Below, piece by piece: positions 1-11,538 of a stretch of 64,000 nt of DNA; the stretch's first letter is position 1; every line of letters begins with the position of its first letter. The stretch comes from a bacterium. Its GTDB lineage: Bacteria > Actinomycetota > Actinomycetes > Actinomycetales > Bifidobacteriaceae. The DNA lies in contig CAVBHJ010000010.1 in NCBI GenBank assembly GCA_963595445.1, positions 12,295 to 76,294 of the forward strand. The letters run 5' to 3'. The notes under the pieces were generated by a model, which saw only the letters and a list, made by a program, of their open reading frames with translations, ran no database searches and was not told the origin of the DNA. The translations under genes and the position numbers were made by a program.

Positions 1-230
1 TTGATGCCCGGTCCATGCTGAAACAGGATGTGGCCATCAGAAGGCGGGCCATCGCGCACGCGCTCGCCCAAGCGGGCATCGACTGCTCGGCGCGTCAGGT
101 CGAAGGGATCGATTCGCTCATCTCCGACTGGCATGGTCAGCGTGGAGTGAATCTTTCCAGCGGATATTCAGCGTATCGTCAGAAACACGTCATTCGCGTG
201 TGCCAAGATGGTGGGCATGCGAATCGCTGA
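1..230 (+). CDS. tilS: tRNA(Ile)-lysidine synthetase, C-terminal fragment (gene runs off the 5' edge)
   Basis: The frame is open from the window edge to TGA 228-230. It sits directly upstream of hpt-ftsH, the conserved tilS-hpt-ftsH order. Only about 75 C-terminal aa are visible and carry no diagnostic motif. Confidence 0.5.
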   Translation, partial: DARSMLKQDVAIRRRAIAHALAQAGIDCSARQVEGIDSLISDWHGQRGVNLSSGYSAYRQKHVIRVCQDGGHANR

Positions 231-780
231 CGTACAAGAAGATATTGATCATGAGCTGATCAGCAAGAAAGAGATCGCGGACATCATCAACCGCGTGGCA
301 GCCCAGGCTAGTGAAGACTACCAGGGGAAGACCCCGTTGCTGGTAGGCGTGCTGAAGGGAAGCGTGTGCACATTCTCCGCTTTTGCCCAAGCCCTGACCA
401 TTCCCGTTGAAATCGACTTCATGAGCCTTTCGAGCTACGGTTCGGGAACCAAATCCAGCGGCACGATCACCATTCGTCAGGATTTGTCCACCGACGTGCG
501 TGGCCGTGATGTGCTGATCGTCGAAGACATCATTGATTCCGGCAACACGCTTGCCTGGCTCGTTGAGGAGCTCAAGGGACGCGGTGCGGCATCCGTCGAG
601 ATTTTTGCGCTTTTGGAGAAGCCGTCTCGTCGTGAAGCGGATGTGGATGTCAAATATAAAGGACGTGAGATTCCCGACGAATTCGTGGTTGGTTTCGGAT
701 TGGACTATGACGACCGCTACCGCAATCTCGATTCGATCGCAGTCCTGAAGCCGGCAGTCTATAGAGGAGGGCAGGCATGA
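208..780 (+). CDS. hpt: hypoxanthine-guanine phosphoribosyltransferase
   Basis: 190-aa ORF with the PRPP-binding loop VLIVEDIIDSGNT and GFGLDYDDRYRNL, typical of Hpt. An alternative ATG at 217 is possible. The start overlaps the tilS 3' end. Confidence 0.93.
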   Translation: MVGMRIADVQEDIDHELISKKEIADIINRVAAQASEDYQGKTPLLVGVLKGSVCTFSAFAQALTIPVEIDFMSLSSYGSGTKSSGTITIRQDLSTDVRGRDVLIVEDIIDSGNTLAWLVEELKGRGAASVEIFALLEKPSRREADVDVKYKGREIPDEFVVGFGLDYDDRYRNLDSIAVLKPAVYRGGQA

Positions 781-2864
781 GTTTCCCCGGTCCGGGCCAG
801 CCGCCAAGTAACGGCGGCAACAATAATTCCAACGGAGGTAACAATCCGTTCGGCAATCCGTTCAACCGCAACAACAACGGTTCGAACGGCCAGGACGGTC
901 AGCGTCCCAACGGGCCCAAGCAGTTCTGGCAGTCGCCGTGGCTGTGGGTCGTGGTCATCGCGCTGCTTGCCGTGACCATGTTCCAGATTTTCGCGGGTTC
1001 CGGCTATCAGACCATCGACACCAAGGATGGCATGCAGATCCTCAACGGCGGCAACGTTGAGTACGCGCAGATAGTCGACAATACGCAGCAGGTCAAGCTC
1101 AAGCTCAAGAGCGACTACTCCGCCAGCGATCCCGACACCGGCAAGACGCGCAACTACGGCAAGAACGTGCAGTTCTACTACACGTACGCGCAGTCCGCGG
1201 CCGTGGTCAAGGCGGTGCAGAGCGCCGATCCGACCAACGGCTGGACCGCCACCATGCAGCAGACCAGCATCTGGACGTATCTGATAACGTCGTTGCTGCC
1301 GTTCATCATCATCTTGGGCCTGTTCTGGTTCATGATGGGCCGCATGGGCGGTGCCGGCGGCATGTTCGGCATGGGTGGCAAGAAGAACAAGGGCAAGCTT
1401 CTCGAAGGCCAGACCCCGACCACCAAGTTCGCCGACGTTGCGGGCGAGGACGCAGCGGTTCAGGAAGTCGAGGAGATCAAGGACTTCCTGAAGGATCCTT
1501 CACGATACAAGGCCCTCGGCGCCCGTATTCCGCGCGGCGTGCTCCTGTATGGCCCTCCCGGTACCGGTAAGACCCTGCTGGCACGCGCCATCGCAGGTGA
1601 GGCGGGCGTGCCGTTCTACTCCATGGCCGGTTCCGACTTCGTCGAAATGTTCGTGGGCCTCGGCGCGTCCCGTGTGCGTGACCTGTTCGAGGAAGCCAAG
1701 AAGAACGCTCCGGCGATCATCTTCATCGACGAGATCGACGCGGTCGGCCGCAAGCGCGGCGGCTCCGGCATGAGCGGCGGCCATGACGAACGCGAGCAGA
1801 CGCTTAATCAGCTGCTTGTCGAAATGGACGGCTTCAACAACGACACCAACCTGATCATCATCGCGGCCACCAACCGCCCCGACGTGCTCGACCCGGCACT
1901 GCTGCGCCCCGGACGTTTCGACCGTCAGGTTGCCGTGGAAGCTCCGGATCTGGAAGGCCGTGAGGCCATTCTGAAGGTGCATGCCAAGGGCAAGCCGTTC
2001 GTTCCGGACGTCGATCTGCACATGATCGCCGTGCGTACTCCGGGCTTCACCGGCGCCGACCTGGCCAACGTGCTCAACGAGGCCGCGCTGCTGTGCGCCC
2101 GTGCGGGAGCCCAGCTGATCGACAACCGTGCCATCGACGAGGCGATCGACCGCGTGCAGGCCGGTCCGAAGCGCCGCTCCAAGGGTATGGCCCTTGACGA
2201 GCTGCGCAACACCGCATACCACGAGGGTGGTCATGCGCTGGTGGCAGCGGCCATGAACGACACCGATCCGGTTACCAAGGTGACGATCCTTCCGCGAGGA
2301 CGTGCCCTCGGCTATACCGCGGTCATGCCGACGGAGGACCGTTACTCCATGTCACGCAACCAGCTGCTCGACCAGATGGCCTATGCCATGGGCGGCCGCA
2401 CCGCCGAAGAGGTCGTGTTCCACGATCCGACCACCGGCGCGTCCAACGATATCGAGAAGGCCACGAAGATCGCGCGTCAGATGGTGCTCGATTACGGCTT
2501 CTCCGACAAGCTGGGCGCGATCAAGTGGTCCGACGACGAACAGAGCGACTTGGGTTCCCTGAACCACAAGTACTCCGCACGAACCGCCGAAATCATCGAC
2601 GAGGAAGTGCTCAAGCTGGTTGAGACGGCGCATACCGAAGCGTGGAACGTCATCAACGAGAACCGTGAGATCCTTGACGAGCTGGTACGTCAGCTGCTTG
2701 TCAAGGAAACGCTCAACGAAAAGGAACTCGCTGAAATCTTCGCCAACGTGAAGAAGGCTCCGAAACGTGAGGTGTGGCTGAGCAACAGCCAGCGTCCCGA
2801 CTCCGACGTTCCGCCGGTCGAGATTCCCGAATCCCTGAAGAAAAGCGCAGGATTGACCAACTGA
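777..2864 (+). CDS. ftsH: ATP-dependent zinc metalloprotease FtsH
   Basis: Walker A GPPGTGKT, Walker B IIFIDEID, and zinc site HEGGHA. Two TM segments flank a periplasmic-type domain. ATGA start/stop overlap with hpt (777-780). There is an Asn/Gly-rich N-terminal extension. Confidence 0.97.
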   Translation: MSFPGPGQPPSNGGNNNSNGGNNPFGNPFNRNNNGSNGQDGQRPNGPKQFWQSPWLWVVVIALLAVTMFQIFAGSGYQTIDTKDGMQILNGGNVEYAQIVDNTQQVKLKLKSDYSASDPDTGKTRNYGKNVQFYYTYAQSAAVVKAVQSADPTNGWTATMQQTSIWTYLITSLLPFIIILGLFWFMMGRMGGAGGMFGMGGKKNKGKLLEGQTPTTKFADVAGEDAAVQEVEEIKDFLKDPSRYKALGARIPRGVLLYGPPGTGKTLLARAIAGEAGVPFYSMAGSDFVEMFVGLGASRVRDLFEEAKKNAPAIIFIDEIDAVGRKRGGSGMSGGHDEREQTLNQLLVEMDGFNNDTNLIIIAATNRPDVLDPALLRPGRFDRQVAVEAPDLEGREAILKVHAKGKPFVPDVDLHMIAVRTPGFTGADLANVLNEAALLCARAGAQLIDNRAIDEAIDRVQAGPKRRSKGMALDELRNTAYHEGGHALVAAAMNDTDPVTKVTILPRGRALGYTAVMPTEDRYSMSRNQLLDQMAYAMGGRTAEEVVFHDPTTGASNDIEKATKIARQMVLDYGFSDKLGAIKWSDDEQSDLGSLNHKYSARTAEIIDEEVLKLVETAHTEAWNVINENREILDELVRQLLVKETLNEKELAEIFANVKKAPKREVWLSNSQRPDSDVPPVEIPESLKKSAGLTN

Positions 2865-3502
2865 TGAGCGATACCGAAACCTTCGATACCCTCCTCGACG
2901 ATAAGGCCCGTGCCGCCCATGCGGCCGGGCCTGTCGGCTATGACGAGGAAGGCGTACGCCAGGCAGTACGACTGTTTTTGAAATCGATTGGAGAGGACCC
3001 CGACAGAGAGGGACTCCTCGACACCCCCGACCGTATCGGGCGTGCATGCAAGGAGCTCTTCGCCGGCTTGGGGCATGAGCCGCAGGAAGTGCTGAAAACC
3101 AAGTTCAAGGTCGATACCGACGAGATGGTTCTCGTGCGCGACATCGAACTGTTTTCCGTATGCGAACACCATCTGCTGCCATTCCACGGCGTGGCCCATG
3201 TCGGATACATTCCATCCAATGGCCAGGTGACCGGTTTGAGCAAGCTGGCCCGTCTGGTGGAGCTGTACGCTCGCCGCCCGCAGGTGCAGGAACGTCTGAC
3301 CCAGCAGGTGGCCGACGCTTTGATGGACTGTATCGAGGCTCGTGGCGTGATCGTGGTCACCGAATGCGATCACATGTGCATGGCGATGAGGGGTGTGAAG
3401 AAGGGCCAGTCCCGTACCGTGACATCGGCAGTTCGCGGCTGCATGCGAAACGGCACGGTACGTTCGGAGGCCATGAGCCTGATTCTTTCGCAGCATGCGT
3501 GA
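2864..3502 (+). CDS. folE: GTP cyclohydrolase I
   Basis: Contains [27 protein letters not shown] and [12 protein letters not shown] 2864 shares one base with the ftsH TGA (2862-2864). The ORF-track start at 2774 lies inside ftsH. Confidence 0.94.
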   Translation: MSDTETFDTLLDDKARAAHAAGPVGYDEEGVRQAVRLFLKSIGEDPDREGLLDTPDRIGRACKELFAGLGHEPQEVLKTKFKVDTDEMVLVRDIELFSVCEHHLLPFHGVAHVGYIPSNGQVTGLSKLARLVELYARRPQVQERLTQQVADALMDCIEARGVIVVTECDHMCMAMRGVKKGQSRTVTSAVRGCMRNGTVRSEAMSLILSQHA

Positions 3503-3561
3503 CTGTCTCGCGCACGCCGCACAGGCGTGGAAAAGCCATATGTCAAAAAAGGGGAAATGTG

Positions 3562-4440
3562 ATGGCGATTGATATGGCTGCCGTTCGCAACAGCGAACGC
3601 ACGTTGGTGATGGGTGTGCTCAACATCACGGAGGATTCGTTCTCCGACGGTGGATTATGGCTTGATCCGCAGGCCGCGAAAACGCATGGCGAGGAGATGA
3701 TGAAGGCGGGTGCCGATATCATCGACGTCGGGGCCGAATCGACGCGACCCGGAGCCAAGCGGGTAAGTGAGGAAGACGAACTGCGGCGTGTGCTCGGTGC
3801 CGTGGATGCGCTCATACCGGAAGGCGCCGTGATTTCCATCGATACCACGCGCGCTTCGGTGGCGCTGGCTGCGCTTGACCACGGCGCGCAGATCATCAAC
3901 GACGTGTCGGGCGGACAGTTGGATGCTGATCTGCCGCATGTCGTGACCGACCATCCGCAGTGCCTGTACATCGTGCAGCATTGGCGTGGCTGGCTTGCCG
4001 GAGCCTTGGGGAACGTTCCCGATGCGGACACGTCGGCGTATGCGCATGGCGTGCTTGACGACGTGTACGACGAACTGATGCGGCAGGTCGATGCGGTGCT
4101 TGCCGCGGGAGTGGCGCAATCGCAGATCATCATCGATCCCGGTCTGGGATTCTCGAAGCCGGGAATCGAACACAATCTGCCGCTGTTGGCCAACATCGAA
4201 CGTTTCAACGCCACCGGCTACCCAGTGTTGATCGGTGCGTCCCGCAAGCGTTTCGTCTCCGCAGTGCTTGCCGATGCGGGAATGACCGATCCTGATCTGG
4301 CAAGCAAAGACAACGCCACCGCGGCGATCAGCGCGTTGAGCGCCGAACATGGAGCGTGGGCGGTCCGCGTGCACGACGTCGCGAAATCGCGTGATGCGGT
4401 CGCCATCGGCAACGCGATGCGCGCCTATGCGAACGCATGA
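3562..4440 (+). CDS. folP: dihydropteroate synthase
   Basis: Pterin-binding motifs VMGVLNITEDSFSDGG, IIDVGAESTRPGA and LIGASRKRF. ATG 3562 (or GTG 3559) follows the purine-rich AAAAAGGGGAAA. The ORF-track start at 3160 is an upstream extension overlapping folE. Confidence 0.93.
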   Translation: MAIDMAAVRNSERTLVMGVLNITEDSFSDGGLWLDPQAAKTHGEEMMKAGADIIDVGAESTRPGAKRVSEEDELRRVLGAVDALIPEGAVISIDTTRASVALAALDHGAQIINDVSGGQLDADLPHVVTDHPQCLYIVQHWRGWLAGALGNVPDADTSAYAHGVLDDVYDELMRQVDAVLAAGVAQSQIIIDPGLGFSKPGIEHNLPLLANIERFNATGYPVLIGASRKRFVSAVLADAGMTDPDLASKDNATAAISALSAEHGAWAVRVHDVAKSRDAVAIGNAMRAYANA

Positions 4441-4497
4441 CGGAAAAACGCAAGAATCGTAAGGAACACCAGAAACATAAGGAACGGAAAGGTTGGC

Positions 4498-5982
4498 ATG
4501 GACCAGATTCGACTGACGGGAATTCGCGCGGCCGGCAAACACGGCGTGCTTGATTTCGAGCACGAGCGCGCGCAGACGTTCGTGGTGGATGCCACCTTGT
4601 TCCTCGATCTGGCCCCTGCCGGAGCCTCCGACGCTCTTGCCGACACCGTCGACTATGGCGCGATTGCCAAAGGAATCGTGGCCATCATCGAAGGCGAACA
4701 TGTGGACCTGATCGAAAAACTCGCCGCGCGAATCGCCGACATGATCCTCGAATATCCCGCTGTGGCAAGCACGCAGGTGACCGTGCACAAGCCGAACGCA
4801 CCGATCGTGGTGCCGTTCGACGACGTAAGCGTAACCGTGGAACGAAGTCGCGTTGCACACGATGCTCGGGTGCATCGCGCCGTCATCGCCATCGGCGGCA
4901 ATCAAGGCGACGTTCCAAGCACGCTGCGGGACGCGGTGCGTCGCATCGACGGTCTTGAATCCACTCAGGTGACCGGCATATCGCCGTTGTACCGCACCGA
5001 CGCCTGGGGCATGCCGGAAGGAACTCCCGAATTCCACAATGCGGTCGTCATCGTCAAAACGAAACTGGACGCCGCGCAACTGTTGGACGGGCTTCACCGC
5101 ATCGAAGCCGATCATGGCCGTGTGCGCAACGACCATTGGGCGTCACGCACGCTTGATCTCGACATCATCGATTTCGATGGGGTGGAGAGCGACGATCCCG
5201 ACCTGACGCTGCCGCACCCGCGTGCATGGCAGCGTGCCTTCGTGCTCGCCCCGTGGCTTGCGGTGGACCCGGATGCCGAGTTGGGCGGCGAACATGCCGG
5301 TTCCGTGGCCCAGCTGCTGTTCGAAGCGTCCGATCGTACACATGTGAACGAGATTTCCGACGATTGGATGACCGGCGACTCATCCTGTGATTGTGAGACC
5401 GATAGCCAGGAAACCGGCGATTCCGGCACCTACGATATGACGGCACCGGCGGAAGGAACCGCCGCGGCGAAGGCCGTCGCATCCGCAAGAACGCAGGAAA
5501 ATCCCGTATCCCGACGTGCGGTGATTTCGCTCGACAGCCCATCCACCGACGCGGAACTGCAATTCCGCAAGGCGATCGTCGCCATCGACGGCATTCCCGG
5601 CAATCAGGTGGAAGGAATCTCGCCGCTGTACCATGTGGGACTTCTGGGAGGAGCGCCCGACAAAATGTCGGCCGTCATACAGATCTCCACCCGTCTGGAC
5701 GCCGCGGGACTGATCGAAACGCTTATTTCCGTACAGGAAAACATCAGCGACGACCTGGATATCGACTTGGTCGACATGGAAGGCGTCGTATGCGATGAGC
5801 CGAACTGCCGCGTTCCCTGGCCATCCGCGCGTGAACATGCGTCAGTGCTTGCCCCGTGGCTCGATATGGACCCGGATGCCAAACTCGGCAAAGATCCGGT
5901 GTCGTTCCTCCTGGCCATGGCCCCGGATAGCGCGCAGGTGGGCATGCTCGCCGACAATTGGATCGTCGGAGGCACGTTATGA
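4498..5982 (+). CDS. folB-folK: fused dihydroneopterin aldolase (aa 1-118) and HPPK (aa 127-290), plus a second, degenerate HPPK-like domain (aa 340-494)
   Basis: The N-terminus (IRLTGIRAAGKHGV...TVDYG) is FolB-like. The middle domain has GISPLYRT, HGRVR..W.SRTLDLDII and LPHPRA, all HPPK-like. The C-terminal domain aligns to the middle domain (GISPLY, LDAA, VLAPWL, DPDA.LG) but lacks the Arg-rich loop. Confidence 0.9.
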   Translation: MDQIRLTGIRAAGKHGVLDFEHERAQTFVVDATLFLDLAPAGASDALADTVDYGAIAKGIVAIIEGEHVDLIEKLAARIADMILEYPAVASTQVTVHKPNAPIVVPFDDVSVTVERSRVAHDARVHRAVIAIGGNQGDVPSTLRDAVRRIDGLESTQVTGISPLYRTDAWGMPEGTPEFHNAVVIVKTKLDAAQLLDGLHRIEADHGRVRNDHWASRTLDLDIIDFDGVESDDPDLTLPHPRAWQRAFVLAPWLAVDPDAELGGEHAGSVAQLLFEASDRTHVNEISDDWMTGDSSCDCETDSQETGDSGTYDMTAPAEGTAAAKAVASARTQENPVSRRAVISLDSPSTDAELQFRKAIVAIDGIPGNQVEGISPLYHVGLLGGAPDKMSAVIQISTRLDAAGLIETLISVQENISDDLDIDLVDMEGVVCDEPNCRVPWPSAREHASVLAPWLDMDPDAKLGKDPVSFLLAMAPDSAQVGMLADNWIVGGTL

Positions 5983-6533
5983 AAGCACATCGAACGCCTT
6001 GGTGGCAGTACGTTCTTGCAGCGGCGCTCGGCGTGCTTGCGGGCATGGGTCTAGCCAAATACGGCGAGGTCGAGGGGTTGCCGCTGGTCGGTGCTTTATG
6101 GATTGTTCCGGTCGTGTTGATAGCGCTTGGCCTGACGGTGCTGTATCTGGCGTTGCAGATTCACAAATACACCACCGACGATCCTGTGAAACGCGCACAG
6201 TTGAAGCCTCTGGACCCGCAAAGGGCGTTCGGCACGCTTGTGGCCTGCAAGGCGTTGGGTATCGCCGGCGCTGCGTTGGTGGGCTGGTATGGAGGGCAGA
6301 TCATCATCTGTCTTCCCCACAGTGAGGCCACGTTTTACAGCCAGGCCATCATCGAATGCGCGGTCGCATGCGTGGTGTGCGTCGTGGACATGATCATCGG
6401 CATCGTGGGGGAGTGGCTTTGCCAGCTTCCGCCGATCGATGGTCCCGAAAGCCCAAAAGTCAAGAAGACCACGCAACGGCAGCGTTACGCAACCACGGCA
6501 ACCAAAACCTCCGATACGTCGTCTTCGATATAG
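5979..6533 (+). CDS. DUF3180-like integral membrane protein of the folate operon
   Basis: About four hydrophobic helices. ATGA overlap with the folK stop (5979-5982). Its position after folK matches actinobacterial folate operons. The function is unknown. Confidence 0.65.
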   Translation: MKAHRTPWWQYVLAAALGVLAGMGLAKYGEVEGLPLVGALWIVPVVLIALGLTVLYLALQIHKYTTDDPVKRAQLKPLDPQRAFGTLVACKALGIAGAALVGWYGGQIIICLPHSEATFYSQAIIECAVACVVCVVDMIIGIVGEWLCQLPPIDGPESPKVKKTTQRQRYATTATKTSDTSSSI

Positions 6534-6660
6534 CGCAGCGGCATGGGCCTCAGGTGCATTGTGGCCTGCATTGGGTGAACCCGCGTTGAGTAAATCCGCA
6601 GGTCGCACCCATATCGAAAGTTGTTCGCGCGGACGAGATCTCCGGATGCCAGATGGAGGG

Positions 6661-7572
6661 CTACTTCAGGTCGTTCTCCGGCACGCGAATCATCGCTTCC
6701 TGGGCCATGCACGCAACCAGCTCGCCATCCTGAGTGAATACCTGCGCCTGGCCAAGTCCACGGCCGTGGGCCGCGGTGGGAGTGTCCTGCACGTACAGAT
6801 GCCACTTGTTGATGTCGATATCCCGATACCACCACATTGAATGATCAAGGGAAGCGAACGAAATGCCGGGAGTACTGATGCTCAGCCCGGCGCGACGCAA
6901 CACGGGCTCCAGCATGATCTGATCGCAACCCATGGCCAGCATCGCGCGGTGCATGACCTGCGGAACATTCACGGTGCCGTCCACCTTCATCCACACCATC
7001 TGCTTGCCGGAATCCTTGCGGGCGCTTTTCTCATCCGCATCCAGCATGATCGTCTGCGTCACATGGCGAATATCGAAAGGCGATTTCTCCGCATAATACT
7101 TGGCAAAGGCCGACTGGTCGCTGTATGGCTCCATCAGCTGTTTCGCACTGTCCAAGGATTCGGGATCGGGTATATTCTCTGGCATTGAATCTGCGAATTC
7201 TATGCTTTTCTGGCCTTGCTCCTGGAAACTGGCGATCGCGGTGAGGATCGACCCCTGCGCCTGGGTCACGTTCACGCGGCGTGCCGAGAAAGACCGGCCG
7301 TCGCGCAGATTCTCCACATCGAAGAGCAGATCCTGCCTGATGTCTCCGGCGGAAATGAAATAGCCGTGAATCGAATTCGGCAGGCGTGATGGCGATACCG
7401 TTTTCGAAGCCGCCATCATGGCCTGTGCGATCACTTGGCCGCCATATACGCGGCCGGTGGGGAAGTAGAGGCTCTCGCCGTTCACATATGTGTGACTGCG
7501 ATAGGTGGAAGGCTCGCCCAGCTGAAGTACTTTCGTCAGGCGCTGCAACGGTGTCGACTCGGCTTTGGCCAT
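6661..7572 (-). CDS. tesB: acyl-CoA thioesterase II
   Basis: 303 aa with TesB-type double hot-dog sequence (YGGQVIAQAMMAA, HSMWWY, RGLGQAQVFTQDG). Confidence 0.88.
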   Translation of the reverse strand: MAKAESTPLQRLTKVLQLGEPSTYRSHTYVNGESLYFPTGRVYGGQVIAQAMMAASKTVSPSRLPNSIHGYFISAGDIRQDLLFDVENLRDGRSFSARRVNVTQAQGSILTAIASFQEQGQKSIEFADSMPENIPDPESLDSAKQLMEPYSDQSAFAKYYAEKSPFDIRHVTQTIMLDADEKSARKDSGKQMVWMKVDGTVNVPQVMHRAMLAMGCDQIMLEPVLRRAGLSISTPGISFASLDHSMWWYRDIDINKWHLYVQDTPTAAHGRGLGQAQVFTQDGELVACMAQEAMIRVPENDLK

Positions 7573-7927
7573 AACGATCCTCGATTCTTTGCGTACGTTG
7601 TCAAAAATGCCGTAATAGCTATGAGTCTAAGCAAAGGCGGTAAATTCCATCGGATTGTTATGTAACAAGTACGTGAGAAGCGTGAACGTTAGGTGATTAT
7701 TGCAATCTGGCTCAGGCGATTGCACATGGCATGTTCCCGCGTGGCATGTTCCCGTATGGTCCTGCCGTCGTGGTTTTTAGTACGTTGCATGCGATGCTCG
7801 CCGGAATTCGCTGAAAACTTCTCCAGTCGTCGCAAACGACGGAGCGCCGCTCCCCGATAGGGAAACGGCGCTCCATTGAACAAAGTTGCTGTTCGATTGG
7901 ACGTTGGCTGGACGTCGATTGGACGAA

Positions 7928-9604
<1,677 letters not shown>

Positions 9605-10100
9605 ATGATTCTACGATCCTGTTCTTTTCGTTGAAATTTCAACATTTTGCCACGGTCTCAGGCTGGAATGGCACAACTGAAAACGACGCACGTCTGGCTA
9701 CAGGGTCATTTTCCGACATCATGGTGCGTCGCGATGTGTTTTCCAACCACGTCTCAGGCAAAAGTACCTTGCAGATTATCCCATATCCCGTCTACACATT
9801 GCAACAGCGGGCGGCAGCAGGTTTCTGGATTATGGTGTCGGCGTGTGCCGTTGCTTCAAGGCTATGCGTACGGCGGTCCATGATTAAGACATTTTGCTGA
9901 AAGTGTCCACTGGTTGTCTGTTGTCGGTTTGTGTGGGATGCAGAGCTTCATACGGCCGTTACTGTGGTCATCAATGAGACTGTCCACATAATGCCACTGT
10001 CCACATAGCGCTAGTGATTGCATAATGCCAGTGATTGCCGAATAAGGGCATCTGATTGTGGACGGTGAATATGGCGACTTCGAAGTGAAGGGAATATGCG

Positions 10101-10868
10101 ATGCCGGTGGCGGTAATCAGCGGTACGACGTCTGGATTGGGACGTGAATTCGTGGACGCGGTGATGGATGAATGCCCAGAAATCGATGAGATCTGGATGA
10201 TTGCCAGACGGCGTGACCGGTTGGAATCCATTGCCGCCGAATACCCGCGCATGCGGTTCGTATGCTTGCCTCTTGACTTGGCTCAAGACGCAAGTTATGA
10301 AGTATTGAAGAATGAACTGGAAACACGCAAGCCTGATATCAGCGTAGTGGTCGCCAATGCCGGTGTCGCCAGCGCCGGACTGGTGGCTGAATCGCAGCCG
10401 GAATCATTGGAACGCATGATCCGTCTCAACGCCATCGGCTCGACAATACTTATCCGCCTGTGCCTGCCGTATATGCGTAGTGGATCATCCATCATTCAAG
10501 TGTCGTCGGCGTCGGCGTTCGCTCCGAATCCGAACCTCACGGTCTATTCGGCGACCAAAGCCTATGCTTCGTTCTTCGCCGCTGGCTTGCGTGAGGAATT
10601 GAAACCACGTGGCATCAACGTGCTGCGGTTGAATCCGGGCAATATGCGCACCGCGATGCAATCCGGTGTGGTCGATCATCCGGACAAGGCTCACGGCAGT
10701 AACGCAGCCAAGCTGCCGTTCATCGACATGGCGAAATTCGCGCGTACCGCATTGCGTAAGGCGCGGTCTGGTTGCGCCTCCTATACCATGCATCCGGTGT
10801 ATAAGGCGTATCAGGTGCTCGCCAAACTTGTACCGATGCGACTGTTGACTCCATTCTCGTGGGCCTGA
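10101..10868 (+). CDS. short-chain dehydrogenase/reductase (SDR) family oxidoreductase
   Basis: N-terminal VISGTTSGLG Rossmann motif, NAG, and the catalytic YSATKAY motif. Confidence 0.85.
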   Translation: MPVAVISGTTSGLGREFVDAVMDECPEIDEIWMIARRRDRLESIAAEYPRMRFVCLPLDLAQDASYEVLKNELETRKPDISVVVANAGVASAGLVAESQPESLERMIRLNAIGSTILIRLCLPYMRSGSSIIQVSSASAFAPNPNLTVYSATKAYASFFAAGLREELKPRGINVLRLNPGNMRTAMQSGVVDHPDKAHGSNAAKLPFIDMAKFARTALRKARSGCASYTMHPVYKAYQVLAKLVPMRLLTPFSWA

Positions 10869-10930
10869 TGGCAATCGGGTGGTTAACGGGAAAGCTTGGA
10901 AGCGGCCAAGGATGCGGATAAGCTGAAATC

Positions 10931-11533
10931 ATGAAGGCAGATGAACAACGCGCCGCCAGCCGTGCAGGGCGGCGAATTCTCAACGGCATGTCGGACGCGT
11001 TGCTTGAACTGGTCAGTGAGCAGTCGTTCGAACAGGTGAGAGTGAGCGCCATCTGCGAGCATGCCGATTACCCACGTGCCACCTTCTACAATTATTTTGC
11101 CGACAAATACGATCTGCTCAACCATTGCTGGGCGCGGTTCGCAACCTCGATGGAAATCCAGGATTTCGAAGGCGCCGATGACGGTTTCCATACGTTGTTC
11201 GACAGATTCGCGGAACTGTTTGACAGCAATCGTGAACTGATGAAGGCAATATTCACGCACAACGGACTCGACGGAGCGCTCATGCGCAGCCTGACCTCGT
11301 ATTTCACGACGCGAGTGCGAGAATCATGCCGAGCCAACCATTGCTATCGTCTCGAAGTGGGCGGTGGCATACCTCAAGACTTACTGGCTGACTTCTGCGC
11401 GAATACCATGCTGCTCATCGTGCGCTGGACGTTCCTGAACGCGACTCCCATCAGTCGCGCTCAGGCGCATGCCCTTATCGACCAACTCATCATCAACACC
11501 GAAACCAGTGGTTCGGCATCCCGGAAAAAGTGA
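10931..11533 (+). CDS. TetR/AcrR family transcriptional regulator
   Basis: N-terminal HTH FEQVRVSAICEHADYPRATFYNYFADKYDLL. 200 aa, typical TetR size. Confidence 0.82.
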   Translation: MKADEQRAASRAGRRILNGMSDALLELVSEQSFEQVRVSAICEHADYPRATFYNYFADKYDLLNHCWARFATSMEIQDFEGADDGFHTLFDRFAELFDSNRELMKAIFTHNGLDGALMRSLTSYFTTRVRESCRANHCYRLEVGGGIPQDLLADFCANTMLLIVRWTFLNATPISRAQAHALIDQLIINTETSGSASRKK

Positions 11534-11538
11534 ACCGA

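Noticed and set aside
2774-3561. Longer N-terminal extensions given in the ORF track for folE (2774), folP (3160) and, elsewhere, tsaC (36987), the ssb paralog (54964), dapD (61923) and the first GH43 (17749)
   Set aside because: The extensions overlap the preceding gene or lack homology. Downstream ATGs with good RBS spacing give proteins that begin where the family-conserved sequence begins.
7689-7883. 64-aa ORF between tesB and ettA
   Set aside because: It has an Arg-rich, low-complexity translation and no RBS. It overlaps the hairpins that probably terminate ettA (GGAGCGCCG...CGGCGCTCC at about 7840-7873).
9631-9900. 89-aa and 78-aa ORFs in the ettA/SDR spacer as real genes or a toxin-antitoxin pair
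   Set aside because: They have no RBS, non-ATG or weak starts and atypical composition, and they overlap each other in different frames. The spacer is better described as regulatory or repeat-containing.
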